Part shown: one piece after another, positions 1 to 9,328 of the stretch
Layout of the letters: every line of letters starts with the position of its first letter
Position numbering within the stretch: position 1 is the first letter of the stretch
Assembly (NCBI GenBank): GCA_963796055.1
Contig: CAWCKH010000004.1
Coordinates: forward strand, 2,816,001-2,880,000
DNA: 64,000 bases
From: an uncultured delta proteobacterium
GTDB taxonomy: Bacteria; Myxococcota; Myxococcia; Myxococcales; Myxococcaceae
Direction: 5' to 3'
Program-made: the position numbers and the translations under genes
The notes under the pieces: model-generated
What the model was told of the DNA's origin: nothing
The model's input: the letters and a program-made list of their open reading frames with translations, nothing else
The model's database searches: none

Positions 1-558
1 GAGCTTCTCGCTGAAGATCTCGTGGACGATGCAGCTCCCCGGCCAGAGGATGAGCTCCCGCCCGGTCTGCTTCTGCACCCAGCGGCCGAGGTGCTGGTCG
101 GGAGCGAAGATGATCGGTCGGTCCTTCGGGGCCTTCTCCACCATCTTCACCGCGTTGGACGAGGTGCAGATCACGTCGCTCATCGCCTTCACCTCGGCGG
201 AGCTGTTCACGTAGGTGACGACGAAGGCCCCCGGGTGCCGGGCCTTGAAGGCGGCGAAGGCGGCGGGAGGCGTCCGGTCGGCGAGGCTGCAGCCGGCCTG
301 GAGGTCGGGAAGAAGCACCTGGCGGGTGGGATTCAGGATCTTCGCGGTCTCGGCCATGAAGTGCACGCCGCAGAAGACGATGACCTTCGCCTCGGTGCGC
401 GCCGCCTCCTGTGCCAGGGCCAGGCTGTCCCCGATGAAGTCGGCCACGTCCTGGATCTCGCTCTCCTGGTAGTAGTGGGCGAGGATGACCGCGTCGAGCT
501 CCCTCTTCAGCGTGCGGATCGCCGACTCGAGCTCTGCGGGGGCGGGCGTGAAAGGCAT
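1..558 (-). CDS. nadA: Quinolinate synthase A (5' part; runs off the window start)
   Basis: Manual minus-strand translation from ATG at 558 gives [31 protein letters not shown]..., [40 protein letters not shown], which are NadA motifs. Not in the ORF track because it lacks a stop in the window. Confidence 0.95.
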   Translation of the reverse strand, partial: MPFTPAPAELESAIRTLKRELDAVILAHYYQESEIQDVADFIGDSLALAQEAARTEAKVIVFCGVHFMAETAKILNPTRQVLLPDLQAGCSLADRTPPAAFAAFKARHPGAFVVTYVNSSAEVKAMSDVICTSSNAVKMVEKAPKDRPIIFAPDQHLGRWVQKQTGRELILWPGSCIVHEIFSEKL

Positions 559-623
559 GCCGGCGTGACTCCTTCTCCTCCTCGCTTAACCGCCTTGCGG
601 CGTGACTTCCAGCGCCGTGGAAG

Positions 624-2015
624 GTGCCGGGATCGCCAGTGACCACCGCCGGCGCGCGGGAGCGGACGCTGCTCGGACATCCGCGTGGCCTCTTCTTGCT
701 CTTCGCCACCGAGGCCTGGGAGCGCGTCCAGTACTACGGGATGCGGGCCTTCCTGGTCCTCTTCCTGGTGGACCGGGTGCACGGGCTGGGATGGAACGAG
801 GCGCGCGCTCTCTCGCTGTACGGCTGGTACACGGGGCTCACCTACCTGAGCACGGTGGCCGGGGGCTGGGCGGCGGACCGCTTCCTCGGCCAACGCCGCG
901 CGGTGGTCATCGGCGGAACGGTGATGATGCTGGGGCAGTTCCTGTGCGCGCTGAAGGCCGAGCCGCTGCTCTACGCGGGTGGCGCGCTGCTCGTCGGCGG
1001 GAACGGCCTGTTCAAGGCCAACATCTCCACCATGGTGGGGCAGCTCTACCGGCCCGGCGACCCGCGTCGGGACGGCGGCTTCACCATCTTCTACGTGGGC
1101 ATCAACCTCGGGGCTGCGGTGGGTCCGCTCCTGTGCGGGACCCTGGCCGAGAAGGTGGACTGGTCGCTGGGGTTCGCGAGCGCCGGGCTGGGGATGGGGC
1201 TGGGCGTGCTCCTGTTCGTGCTCCTCCGGGGCCGGCTGCTTCCGCCCGAGGTGGGCGCCCCGCCTCCCCGCGAGCCCAGGCGAGCGACGGGGGGCCGGGG
1301 GCCGGGGGGGCCGCTCACTCGCGAGGAGCGGGACCGGATCATCGTCATCTTCGTGCTGACCTTCTTCGTCGCCATCTTCTGGGCCGGGTACGAGCAGGGC
1401 GGGGGCCTGATGAACCTCTTCACCGATCGGTCCACCGATCGGTCTCTGCTGGGGCACGAGATCCCCACCACCTGGTTCCAGGCGGTGAACTCGGGGTTCA
1501 TCTTCCTGCTGGCGCCGGCGTTCGCCGCGCTGTGGACTCGCCTGGCCGAGGGGGGGAAAGAGCCGTCCACGGGTCGGAAGATGGCCGGCGGGCTGCTGGC
1601 GCTGGCGGTCAGCTTCGTCCTCCTCTTCCTGGCGGCGCGCCAGGCGGAGGTGGTGGGGAGGGCGGGGATGTTGTGGATGGTGGGGGCGTACTTCTTCCAG
1701 ACCGTGGGTGAGCTGATGCTGTCGCCGGTCGGGCTCTCGATGGTCACCAAGCTCGCACCGGCCCGCTACGCGTCGGCCCTGATGGGGGTGTGGTTCCTCT
1801 CCAACGCCGCTGGAAACAAGCTCGCCGGCTCCATCGGCGCGCTGGCCGAGGGGCATGGGGACGCGGCGGTGTTCCTGGGCATCGCCCTGGGCTCGGCGGC
1901 TGCGGGCGCGATCCTCTTCGCGCTCGGCCCGGTGCTCCACCGGATGACCCACGGCGCCGAGGACGTCTCCCCCGAGCTCGCCGGAGCGGCGTCCGGTCCG
2001 GCAACCGCCTCCTGA
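624..2015 (+). CDS. POT/PTR family di-/tripeptide:H+ symporter (MFS)
   Basis: GHPRGL...EAWER..YYGMR (ExxER motif), GNGLFKANISTMVG, FYVGINLG, ELMLSPVGLS; about 12-14 hydrophobic segments. Confidence 0.93.
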   Translation: MPGSPVTTAGARERTLLGHPRGLFLLFATEAWERVQYYGMRAFLVLFLVDRVHGLGWNEARALSLYGWYTGLTYLSTVAGGWAADRFLGQRRAVVIGGTVMMLGQFLCALKAEPLLYAGGALLVGGNGLFKANISTMVGQLYRPGDPRRDGGFTIFYVGINLGAAVGPLLCGTLAEKVDWSLGFASAGLGMGLGVLLFVLLRGRLLPPEVGAPPPREPRRATGGRGPGGPLTREERDRIIVIFVLTFFVAIFWAGYEQGGGLMNLFTDRSTDRSLLGHEIPTTWFQAVNSGFIFLLAPAFAALWTRLAEGGKEPSTGRKMAGGLLALAVSFVLLFLAARQAEVVGRAGMLWMVGAYFFQTVGELMLSPVGLSMVTKLAPARYASALMGVWFLSNAAGNKLAGSIGALAEGHGDAAVFLGIALGSAAAGAILFALGPVLHRMTHGAEDVSPELAGAASGPATAS

Positions 2016-2029
2016 CGCGCTTCCGGCCC

Positions 2030-3195
2030 CTAGTGCCCCGGACCAGAAGTCCGCGAGCGTCAGAGCGGTGTGATCCGCTCAGGCATGGGCAAACGAGCGG
2101 CAAGCATCGAGATCACCGATGAAGAGCGGCAGGTGCTCGACGGGTATGCGCGACGACGGACGACGGCGCAGGCGCTCGCGCTGAGGGCCCGGATCGTCCT
2201 GCGTTGCGCAGAGGGCGGCGAGAACACGGCCATCGCCGCCGAGATGAAGCTCAACCGTGGGACCGTTGCGCGCTGGCGGAAACGGTTCCATGAACTGCGG
2301 CTCGAGGGGCTCCATGATGAGCCGCGGCCCGGAGCTCCACGGTCGATCTCCGACGAGACGGTCGAGCGGGTCATCGTCGAGACGCTGGAGTCGACGCCCA
2401 AGGGGGCGACGCACTGGAGTACTCGCGACATGGCGAAGCATTCCGGGCTGAGCCATTCGACAATCGGCCGAATCTGGCGAGCCTTCGGACTCCAGCCGCA
2501 CCGCTCGGAAACCTTCCAGCTGTCCAACGACCCTCTCTTCGTCGAGAAGGTCCGAGACATCGTCGGCCTGTACCTCAACCCGCCGGAAAGCGCCGTCGTC
2601 CTCTGCGTGGACGAGAAATCGCAGGTCCAGGCGCTCAACCGGATGCAACCGGCGCTGCCGATGATGAGCGGCCGGCCCGAACTCCAAACCCATACGTACG
2701 TTCGCAACGGCACGACGGCACTCTTTGCTGCCTTGGACGTCGCGACCGGCAGGGTCATCGGACAGTGCCGACGACGCCACCGCGCAACAGAGTTCCTCAA
2801 GTTCCTGCACCAGATCGATGCGTCGGTGCCCGCCGATCTCGACGTCCACGTCGTCCTCGACAACCTGTCGACGCACAAGACTCCAGCGGTGCACCGCTGG
2901 TTCCTCCGTCACCCTCGCTTCCACGTCCATTTCACACCGACCTACAGCTCGTGGCTGAATCAGGTCGAGCGCTGGTTCGCGCTCCTGGAGCAGAAAGCGC
3001 TCAAGCGCGGCGTGCAGCGGAGCACGGTCGAACTGGAAAAGGCGATCTATGAGTTCATCGCCGCAAGCAACGACGAACCCCGTCCCTACCTCTGGACGAA
3101 GTCCGCCGGCGACATCCTGGCGAGCATCAACCGGTTCTGCAGTCGAACACTGACCTCGCAGGGCGTGCTGCCGAACTTCTGATCCGGGGCACTAG
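2030..3195 (+). mobile_element. Complete IS630-family insertion sequence
   Basis: Terminal inverted repeats CTAGTGCCCCGGAcCAGAAGTcCG (from 2030) and reverse complement CTAGTGCCCCGGAtCAGAAGTtCG (ending 3195). CTAG at both ends (2030-2033, 3192-3195) fits IS630 TA-duplicating insertion. Encloses one transposase ORF. Confidence 0.95.
2085..3182 (+). CDS. IS630 family transposase
   Basis: N-terminal HTHs (LRARIVL...VARWRKRF...DEPRPGAPR, THWSTR) and DDE core (VDEKSQ, LDNLSTHK, SSWLNQVERWF). ATG at 2085 preferred over GTG at 2070; the stop lies inside the right IR. Confidence 0.96.
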   Translation: MGKRAASIEITDEERQVLDGYARRRTTAQALALRARIVLRCAEGGENTAIAAEMKLNRGTVARWRKRFHELRLEGLHDEPRPGAPRSISDETVERVIVETLESTPKGATHWSTRDMAKHSGLSHSTIGRIWRAFGLQPHRSETFQLSNDPLFVEKVRDIVGLYLNPPESAVVLCVDEKSQVQALNRMQPALPMMSGRPELQTHTYVRNGTTALFAALDVATGRVIGQCRRRHRATEFLKFLHQIDASVPADLDVHVVLDNLSTHKTPAVHRWFLRHPRFHVHFTPTYSSWLNQVERWFALLEQKALKRGVQRSTVELEKAIYEFIAASNDEPRPYLWTKSAGDILASINRFCSRTLTSQGVLPNF

Positions 3196-5624
3196 TCCAT
3201 GTCCAGCGTGCGGAGCTGCCCCTGGGCGTCGATCATCGTGCCCCACACCTTGTGCGACGCCTGGTGCTCGGACAGGCCGAAGCTCATCACCGATCCGATG
3301 CCCAGGTCGTAGTCGTGGATCGACTCGAGGGCGTCCACCAGCTTCTCGGTGGTCAGGTCCCGGCCGGCGCGGCGCAGCCCCTCGGCGAAGAGCTGCGAGA
3401 CCACGTAGCCCTCGAGAGAGATGAAGTCCGGGTGCTGGTCGGGGTGGTACTTCCGGAGCATCTCACGGTAGCGAATGACACCGGTCGCGTCCGACTCGTA
3501 GTTCGGCACCACCTGGGTGACGATGACCCCCTCGGCGTACCGGGGACCGAGTTCCTTCAGCCCCTCCGCCAGCGCGTTGCTCCCCACAAAGGAGACGTTG
3601 AGGAAGATCGGGTTGATCTTCTCGTCGCGCACCTTCTGGATGAACTTGGCGGCCGCCTTGTAGGTGGAGACCATGATCACCGCCTCCACCGGATGCTTCT
3701 GGCGAACGCTCTCCTGCCCGTTTCGCTGCCGGGTGGTGCTGATCGCCGCGTCGTAGCTCACCAGCGCCTTCACCGCCGCGTCGACGTCCACCGTGTTGCG
3801 CTCAAAGTTCAGCCGGGGCAGCTCGACGTCGCCGTGGCCGGCCTTGCGGAGCGTCTTCGCTGCCCCGTCGTACCCGGCATCGCCGTAGGAGTCGTGCTGG
3901 GCGAAGACGACGATCCGGTGCGGGTCCATCCGCTTCACGTTCAGCAGGTAGTGGATCATCTTCGCCGTCTCGTCCTGGTAGCTGGCGCGGTAGTTGAAGA
4001 CGTGGCGATCGGGCGGATCCTTGCGGAGCAGGCCGGCTCCGGTGAACGCTCCGAAGAAGAGGGTGCGGTTCTTCAACACGTAGGGGAGCGCCTGCTGGGC
4101 GGTGGGGGTGCCCACGTTACCGATCACCCCGAAGACCTTCCGCTGCTCCAGGAGCTCCGTCACGTTCTCCAGGGCCCTGGTTCCCTCGTATCCGTCGTCG
4201 AGCGCCACCAGCTTCAGCTGGCGCCCGGCGACCCCCCCGGCGTCGTTGATCTGCGCGAAGCCAGTGTCGATCCCCAGCTTCATCCGTGTCCCGAGCTGCT
4301 GGGCGGGGCCGGAGAAGGCGGAGCTCATCCCCATCAGGACCTCGGTGTCGGTCACTCCTCTGACCGCTTGCGCCGGGTGCCCCGCGGCGGAGGAGGTGCC
4401 CGTGGTGGTCAAGGGCAGCTTGGCGTCCGAGGATCGGGCCAGCCAGGCCAGCCCCGCGCCGAGCGCCAGGGCCACGACCAGCAGACCGGCGCCGATCGGG
4501 AGCTGGGATCCGCGGCCCTTCGCCTTGGGCTTGCGCGAGGGACCGAGGCTGAAGCGGCTCGCGGTCGATCCGAAGCCGGTCACCAGATTCGAGCCGTGGG
4601 GGCTGAGGTCGGGCAGCGTCTGGACGTCGGCGTCGTTCTTCAGCTGGTGCTCGATGACCGCGGTGATCCGCTGGCGCTGCTCGGCGAAGGCCTCGCTCAG
4701 CACGGCGCCGATCTCGCGCTCGCTCAGCCGCGGAGGATGCCGCTCGAGGTAGGCCTCCAGATCCGCCTGCAGCTCCGCCGCGGTGGCGTAGCGATCCTCG
4801 GGCTTCAGCTGGAGCGCCTGCAGGCAGATCTGCTCCAGCGTGGGCGGGAGGTCCGGGATCAGCGGGCGCAGCGGCTCGATCTCTCCCTCGATGGCGCGCT
4901 GGAGCCGGTCGGTCGAATTGAGGTGCTTCCACATCCTCCGCCCGACCAGCGTCTCCCAGAGCAGCACTCCCACCGAGTAGATGTCGGCCCGGCGGTCGAC
5001 GTGGCCGCTGTCGGTGAACGCCTCGGGGGCCATGTAGCCGGTCTTGCCCTTCACCACCCCGGCCCGGGTCTGGGTCCCGGAGTCGAGCGCCTTGGCCACC
5101 CCGAAGTCGACCAGCTTCACCCGGCCGTCGTACCCGATGAGGATGTTGCTCGGCGTGACGTCCCGGTGCACCACGTTCAGCGGCTTGCCGTCGTAGCCGG
5201 TCAGCTCGTGGGCGTAGTGGAGACCGGCCAGCACGTGCACCAGGACTTGGAGCTGCATGCGGGGAGGGAAGAAGTGGACCGCCTCGGGAGAACGGCGCAC
5301 GGCCTCCAGGCTCTGACCGTCGACGTACTCCATCGCCAGGTAGTAGCGGCCGTTGTCCTCGCCCACGTCGTAGGTCTGCACCACGTGGGGGTGATTGAGC
5401 CGCGCGGCGAGCCGCGCCTCGGCGAGGAACATCTCGCGGAACTCCTGCTCCTCGGCGAGGTCGGCCCGGAGCAGCTTGATCACCACCAGCTTCTGGAAGC
5501 CGCCGAGCGCGCCTCGGGTGGCCGTGAGATAGACGTTGGCCATTCCTCCGCGGCCGATCTCTCCGATGAAGCGGTAACGCCCGGCGAGATCGGTCCCCGG
5601 CTTGTGCGCGATTGCATGGGTCAT
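3192..5624 (-). CDS. Transmembrane Hanks-type Ser/Thr protein kinase with C-terminal type-1 periplasmic-binding-protein (LivK-like) domain
   Basis: Kinase motifs GRGGMANV, VIK, HRDVTPSN, DFG, APE, DIYSVG. One TM segment IGAGLLVVALALGAGLAWLA. C-terminal GMSSAFSGP...INDAGGVAGRQLKLVALDDGY...GNVGTPT...FNYRASY resembles ABC branched-chain amino-acid binding proteins. Confidence 0.92.
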   Translation of the reverse strand: MTHAIAHKPGTDLAGRYRFIGEIGRGGMANVYLTATRGALGGFQKLVVIKLLRADLAEEQEFREMFLAEARLAARLNHPHVVQTYDVGEDNGRYYLAMEYVDGQSLEAVRRSPEAVHFFPPRMQLQVLVHVLAGLHYAHELTGYDGKPLNVVHRDVTPSNILIGYDGRVKLVDFGVAKALDSGTQTRAGVVKGKTGYMAPEAFTDSGHVDRRADIYSVGVLLWETLVGRRMWKHLNSTDRLQRAIEGEIEPLRPLIPDLPPTLEQICLQALQLKPEDRYATAAELQADLEAYLERHPPRLSEREIGAVLSEAFAEQRQRITAVIEHQLKNDADVQTLPDLSPHGSNLVTGFGSTASRFSLGPSRKPKAKGRGSQLPIGAGLLVVALALGAGLAWLARSSDAKLPLTTTGTSSAAGHPAQAVRGVTDTEVLMGMSSAFSGPAQQLGTRMKLGIDTGFAQINDAGGVAGRQLKLVALDDGYEGTRALENVTELLEQRKVFGVIGNVGTPTAQQALPYVLKNRTLFFGAFTGAGLLRKDPPDRHVFNYRASYQDETAKMIHYLLNVKRMDPHRIVVFAQHDSYGDAGYDGAAKTLRKAGHGDVELPRLNFERNTVDVDAAVKALVSYDAAISTTRQRNGQESVRQKHPVEAVIMVSTYKAAAKFIQKVRDEKINPIFLNVSFVGSNALAEGLKELGPRYAEGVIVTQVVPNYESDATGVIRYREMLRKYHPDQHPDFISLEGYVVSQLFAEGLRRAGRDLTTEKLVDALESIHDYDLGIGSVMSFGLSEHQASHKVWGTMIDAQGQLRTLDMD

Positions 5625-5787
5625 GATGCGAGCTGCCTCCCGGAGGTACTGGACCCATCGTATGTCCGAGGCAGCGCGTCACTCGACCCGGGTCGAGAGC
5701 GCCCTATGTTGATCGACCGCGGTGTCTGTAGAGAGATGTGAGGGGAGGAGCGCGCTGCGCACACGCGGCCTCGGTCTCTTCGTCTTC

Positions 5788-7593
5788 CTAGTTCGTCGCC
5801 TCCATCAGCCGCCGAACGAACTTCAGCCCCGGCGAGCCCCAGGAGAGCAGCCGGTCGTGGAACGCGCGCTCGGAGAAGCCGGGCTTCACCTGCGAGGCCT
5901 GCCGCAGCTTGTACATCTCGGTGAAGCCGAAGAAGTAGGTGGTCAGCTGCGCGCTGGTGAGACGCGCTCGCCGCCACTTGCCAACCGCCTCGCCCTCCTC
6001 CTGGAACGCCTGGTCCATCATCAAGGCGAGTGCCTCCTTCTCCTCCATCGTGCCGGCGTGGATGCCATGGTCCAGGAGCGCGTTGGCGCTCATCCGCAGC
6101 ACCATCTTCTGGCGCTGGAGCTTGACCTTCGGACCGCCGAAGCCCTTCTCCGCCATCAGCCACTCGCTGTAGACGGCCCACCCCTCGATGAAGGGACCGC
6201 TGCCGAGCACCGCCCGGAGCTTGGAGGGGAACTGGTTGTTGTGCATCAGCTGCAGGTAGTGCCCGGGCATTGCCTCGTGGACGGTGAGGTCGGCGAGCAT
6301 CGAGTGGTTGTACTCGCGGAAGAACGACTCCACGCGCTTCGGCGGCCAGTCCGCGGGAGGCGGGGAGATGGCGAAGAAGGTCTCGGGTTTGGGCTCCAGC
6401 GGCCCCGAGGAGTCGCAGTACGCCACCGAGACCCCTCGGCGATACTCGGGCATCTCGATGACCGCCACCGGCTCGTCGGGAACCTGGACCAGGTCCTTCT
6501 CCCGCACGAACGTGGTCGCCCGGTCCAGCCAGAGCTTCGCGTCCTGGAGGATGGAGGCGCTGGTCGGTCGGTCCCTGGCCAGCGCATCGAGCACCCGGCG
6601 GACGAAGGCCCGCTGCTGTCCGGCCGTGTCGAGCCGGGGGAGCTTTCCCATCCGGTCCTGCGCCCAGACCTGCTTGGCGGTGTCGACCATCTCCTGCTGC
6701 GTGCGGGTGAGGAGCTGGCGGGCCGACGACGCCAGCGCGTCGATGTCCACGTCCTCGGAGAGCACGAAGGCCAGCTTGGTCCTGAACTTCTCACGGCCGA
6801 GGCGGAAGGAGCCGTCCGAGCGCGCGAGCAGCTCCTCCTTCAGGAAGCCCTGGAGGTCGCGCAGGGCGGCGGCGGCGCGTCCGGCAGCGGCGGCGAGGCC
6901 CGGGACGTCCTTGAGCTGCGCAGGGAGCTCGCGCTCGGTGAGGGCGATCAGGCCCGTGTTCTGCTGCATGGCGGTCTCGGTCTGGACCTTCGCCGGCCGC
7001 CCGAGGCGCTGCTTGGCCACGGCGACGATGGCCGGGATGCCCTCCAGCCGGGAGACGAGGCCGGCCATCCGGGATTCCCGCGTTCCGAAGTTCCGGGTGA
7101 TGAAGGGGTCGAGCCCGGCGCCGATGGTCTGGGTGTACGACACCGGCTCGAGCTCGGCGCTCCTCAGCTCGGCGAGGGCAAAGAGCCCGAAGCGAAGCTG
7201 GTTCTCGAGGATGCCCGCGTCGACCTGGTTGTCGGTGCTCAGTGCTTCACGAGGAATTCGACCGAGCTGCGCCAGGGTGTCCTCGAGGAACTTCCGGTAT
7301 TCCGCCTCGCCCGCGGCGCTGAAGTCGGACCATCGTCCGTCGTACCGGTGATCGCCGTTGAGGGTCGCGTCCTCCGGCGAGCGCTGGAAATAGCCGTCGA
7401 GGTAGCGCTGCGAGAGCGCGGCGAACGCCTGATCCGGGGTGGGCACGGGCGCCTCCGAGCGAGCGGGCTCCGGGGAGGCAGCGGCGGTTGCGGCCGGATG
7501 GCCGCAGCCGGCGGCGACACCCGCGAGCGTGAGGAGGATCATCCATCCGCGAGGACCGAGCGGGCGGTTCCGACCGATGAGGCTCCAGGGCAT
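5788..7593 (-). CDS. DUF885 family lipoprotein (putative metallopeptidase)
   Basis: PEDATLNGDHRYD, HEAMPGHYLQ, FIEGWAVYSE, FHDRLLSWGS motifs; lipobox-like VAAGC. Start is uncertain (7593 or 7542). Confidence 0.88.
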   Translation of the reverse strand: MPWSLIGRNRPLGPRGWMILLTLAGVAAGCGHPAATAAASPEPARSEAPVPTPDQAFAALSQRYLDGYFQRSPEDATLNGDHRYDGRWSDFSAAGEAEYRKFLEDTLAQLGRIPREALSTDNQVDAGILENQLRFGLFALAELRSAELEPVSYTQTIGAGLDPFITRNFGTRESRMAGLVSRLEGIPAIVAVAKQRLGRPAKVQTETAMQQNTGLIALTERELPAQLKDVPGLAAAAGRAAAALRDLQGFLKEELLARSDGSFRLGREKFRTKLAFVLSEDVDIDALASSARQLLTRTQQEMVDTAKQVWAQDRMGKLPRLDTAGQQRAFVRRVLDALARDRPTSASILQDAKLWLDRATTFVREKDLVQVPDEPVAVIEMPEYRRGVSVAYCDSSGPLEPKPETFFAISPPPADWPPKRVESFFREYNHSMLADLTVHEAMPGHYLQLMHNNQFPSKLRAVLGSGPFIEGWAVYSEWLMAEKGFGGPKVKLQRQKMVLRMSANALLDHGIHAGTMEEKEALALMMDQAFQEEGEAVGKWRRARLTSAQLTTYFFGFTEMYKLRQASQVKPGFSERAFHDRLLSWGSPGLKFVRRLMEATN

Positions 7594-7716
7594 GGGGCGG
7601 CAGCATGGGTGCCGCCCGGTGCCGGAGCAACCGTGATGCAGCGGCCTGCCCTGCTTCGCGACGGGCCGGAGCTCGCCTACGCTCGGCGTAGCGACGGCGT
7701 CGAGGGAGGGTTCCGG

Positions 7717-8414
7717 GTGCGTTCGCGACTCGTCGCGCTCTGGCTGGTCGTTCTGGCCACGGGAGCCCGTGCCCAGGAGGCCCAGGTTCAGCAACCGTCG
7801 CCGTCGCAGCCCGCGCCCCCGGCCGTGGAGCCACCGCGGACGATGCCGCCCACCCCGGCGCCGCAACACGTCGGTCCTGCGCCAGCCCAGGAACAGGCGC
7901 TGGAGCGGCACCTGGGGGACTCTTCGGCCACGTGGACCTCGGCGTCTCGTATCTCCGCACGACCGGTTCGAAGAGCGGGTCGACCTTCGCCGGCGAGGGC
8001 GTGGCGCTGGGCTTCGCTGCCGCGGTCGGCTGGGCTCCCAGCGAGGAGTGGGCGCTCGCGCTCGAGGTCTGGGACTGGAAAGCACTCTCCTCGAGCGGAC
8101 TGGGGTCGAACACCTCCGTCGAGCTGCAAGCGCTCGGGCTGAACGTCACCCGCTACGTCGTTCCGGCGAATCTCTTCGCCACGGTGGTCGTCTCCGGGAC
8201 CCGGCTGGCGATCACCGATGCCGGGGACTACGTCGAGTACGCCAGCTCCAACATCGGCTTCGGGTTGAAGGTTCTTCTGGGCAAGGAATGGCTGTTGCAC
8301 CCGGCCTTCGGGCTCGGCCTCGGGGCGGAGCTCTTCTTCTCGGTCAACCGGGACGGGGGGAACACCCTCAGGACGCTGGGGGGTGGGCTTGTCCTTTCGC
8401 TGACGGGGCGCTAG
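7717..8414 (+). pseudogene. Secreted outer-membrane beta-barrel-like protein, frameshifted at a G5 tract (7914-7918)
   Basis: RBS GAGGGAGGG, GTG 7717, signal peptide VRSRLVALWLVVLATGARA and a Pro-rich linker are in one frame. Amphipathic beta-strands (LFGHVDLGVSYL...GLVLSLTGR) are in another frame ending at 8414. May be an assembly error. Confidence 0.65.
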
Positions 8415-8459
8415 CCGGTGCTATAGCCGACGGCGCTGGCCTGCTGAGGAGGGAAGGCG

Positions 8460-9308
8460 ATGAAGCGGATGACTCGGTACACCCGTGGCGGTCGGATCGC
8501 CCTGGTCCTTTCGCTCCTCCTCGGGACCTCGTCACTGGCCCAGGCTCCGGTGCCCGAGCCGGTCACGGACCAGGAGACCGAGCTGGGCAAGGCGGTGTAC
8601 GACCAGCTGAGGGCCAAGGCGGAGATCATCGAGTCCTCGCCGCTCTACGACACGCTCAAGCCGGTGGCGGAGGCGATCAGCCGGGTGTCCCAGTCCCGGT
8701 ACCCGCACCCCTTCAAGTTCTACCTGGTCCACGAGGCGCAGCCGAACGCCTTCGCCACGCCGGGGGGAAACGTCTACGTCGTCGACTCGCTCCTCTACTT
8801 CGCCAAGAACACCGAGCAGCTCGCGGGAACGCTCTGCCACGAGGTCTCGCACACCATTCACCGCGACGCGGTGACGTTGATGAAGAAGAAGAAGCTCCTC
8901 GAGGCGGGAGAGGTCGCCACCGCGGTCCTGGTGGGAGCGACCCGGGCGGAGATCATCGCCCTGGCCCTGCTGGGTCACCTCCGCTCGCTGGGGTATTCGC
9001 GCGAGGCCGAGTCGAAGGCCGACATCACGGGGTCCGACATCTGTGCCGAGGCCGGGTACAACCCCTACGGCCTGGTCTGGCTGTTCCAGGACTTCCAGAA
9101 CGCCGATCTCAGGCAGATCCCGCAGCTGCTGTCGGACCATCCGGCGAACACGACGCGGATCACCACGCTGAAGAAGCACTTTCAGGACAACCCGAAGACG
9201 TTTTCCAAGTTCGACCCCGATCCGAAGTCGGCGACTCCGTTCAGCGTGCCGAAGGACGTCCCGGTGGTGTTCCTCCGCCCGGAGATCAAGACCAAGACGG
9301 CCCAGTAG
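8460..9308 (+). CDS. M48 family zinc metallopeptidase (BepA/YfgC-like), secreted
   Basis: PNAFATPGG, HEVSH, YSREAESKAD, LSDHP; signal peptide. Confidence 0.9.
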   Translation: MKRMTRYTRGGRIALVLSLLLGTSSLAQAPVPEPVTDQETELGKAVYDQLRAKAEIIESSPLYDTLKPVAEAISRVSQSRYPHPFKFYLVHEAQPNAFATPGGNVYVVDSLLYFAKNTEQLAGTLCHEVSHTIHRDAVTLMKKKKLLEAGEVATAVLVGATRAEIIALALLGHLRSLGYSREAESKADITGSDICAEAGYNPYGLVWLFQDFQNADLRQIPQLLSDHPANTTRITTLKKHFQDNPKTFSKFDPDPKSATPFSVPKDVPVVFLRPEIKTKTAQ

Positions 9309-9328
9309 CCCGGCGGAGGAGCGCGTCC

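Noticed and set aside
1421..1444. 12-bp tandem repeat CACCGATCGGTC x2
   Set aside because: In-frame within the POT gene (TDRSTDRS) and explained by the protein sequence.
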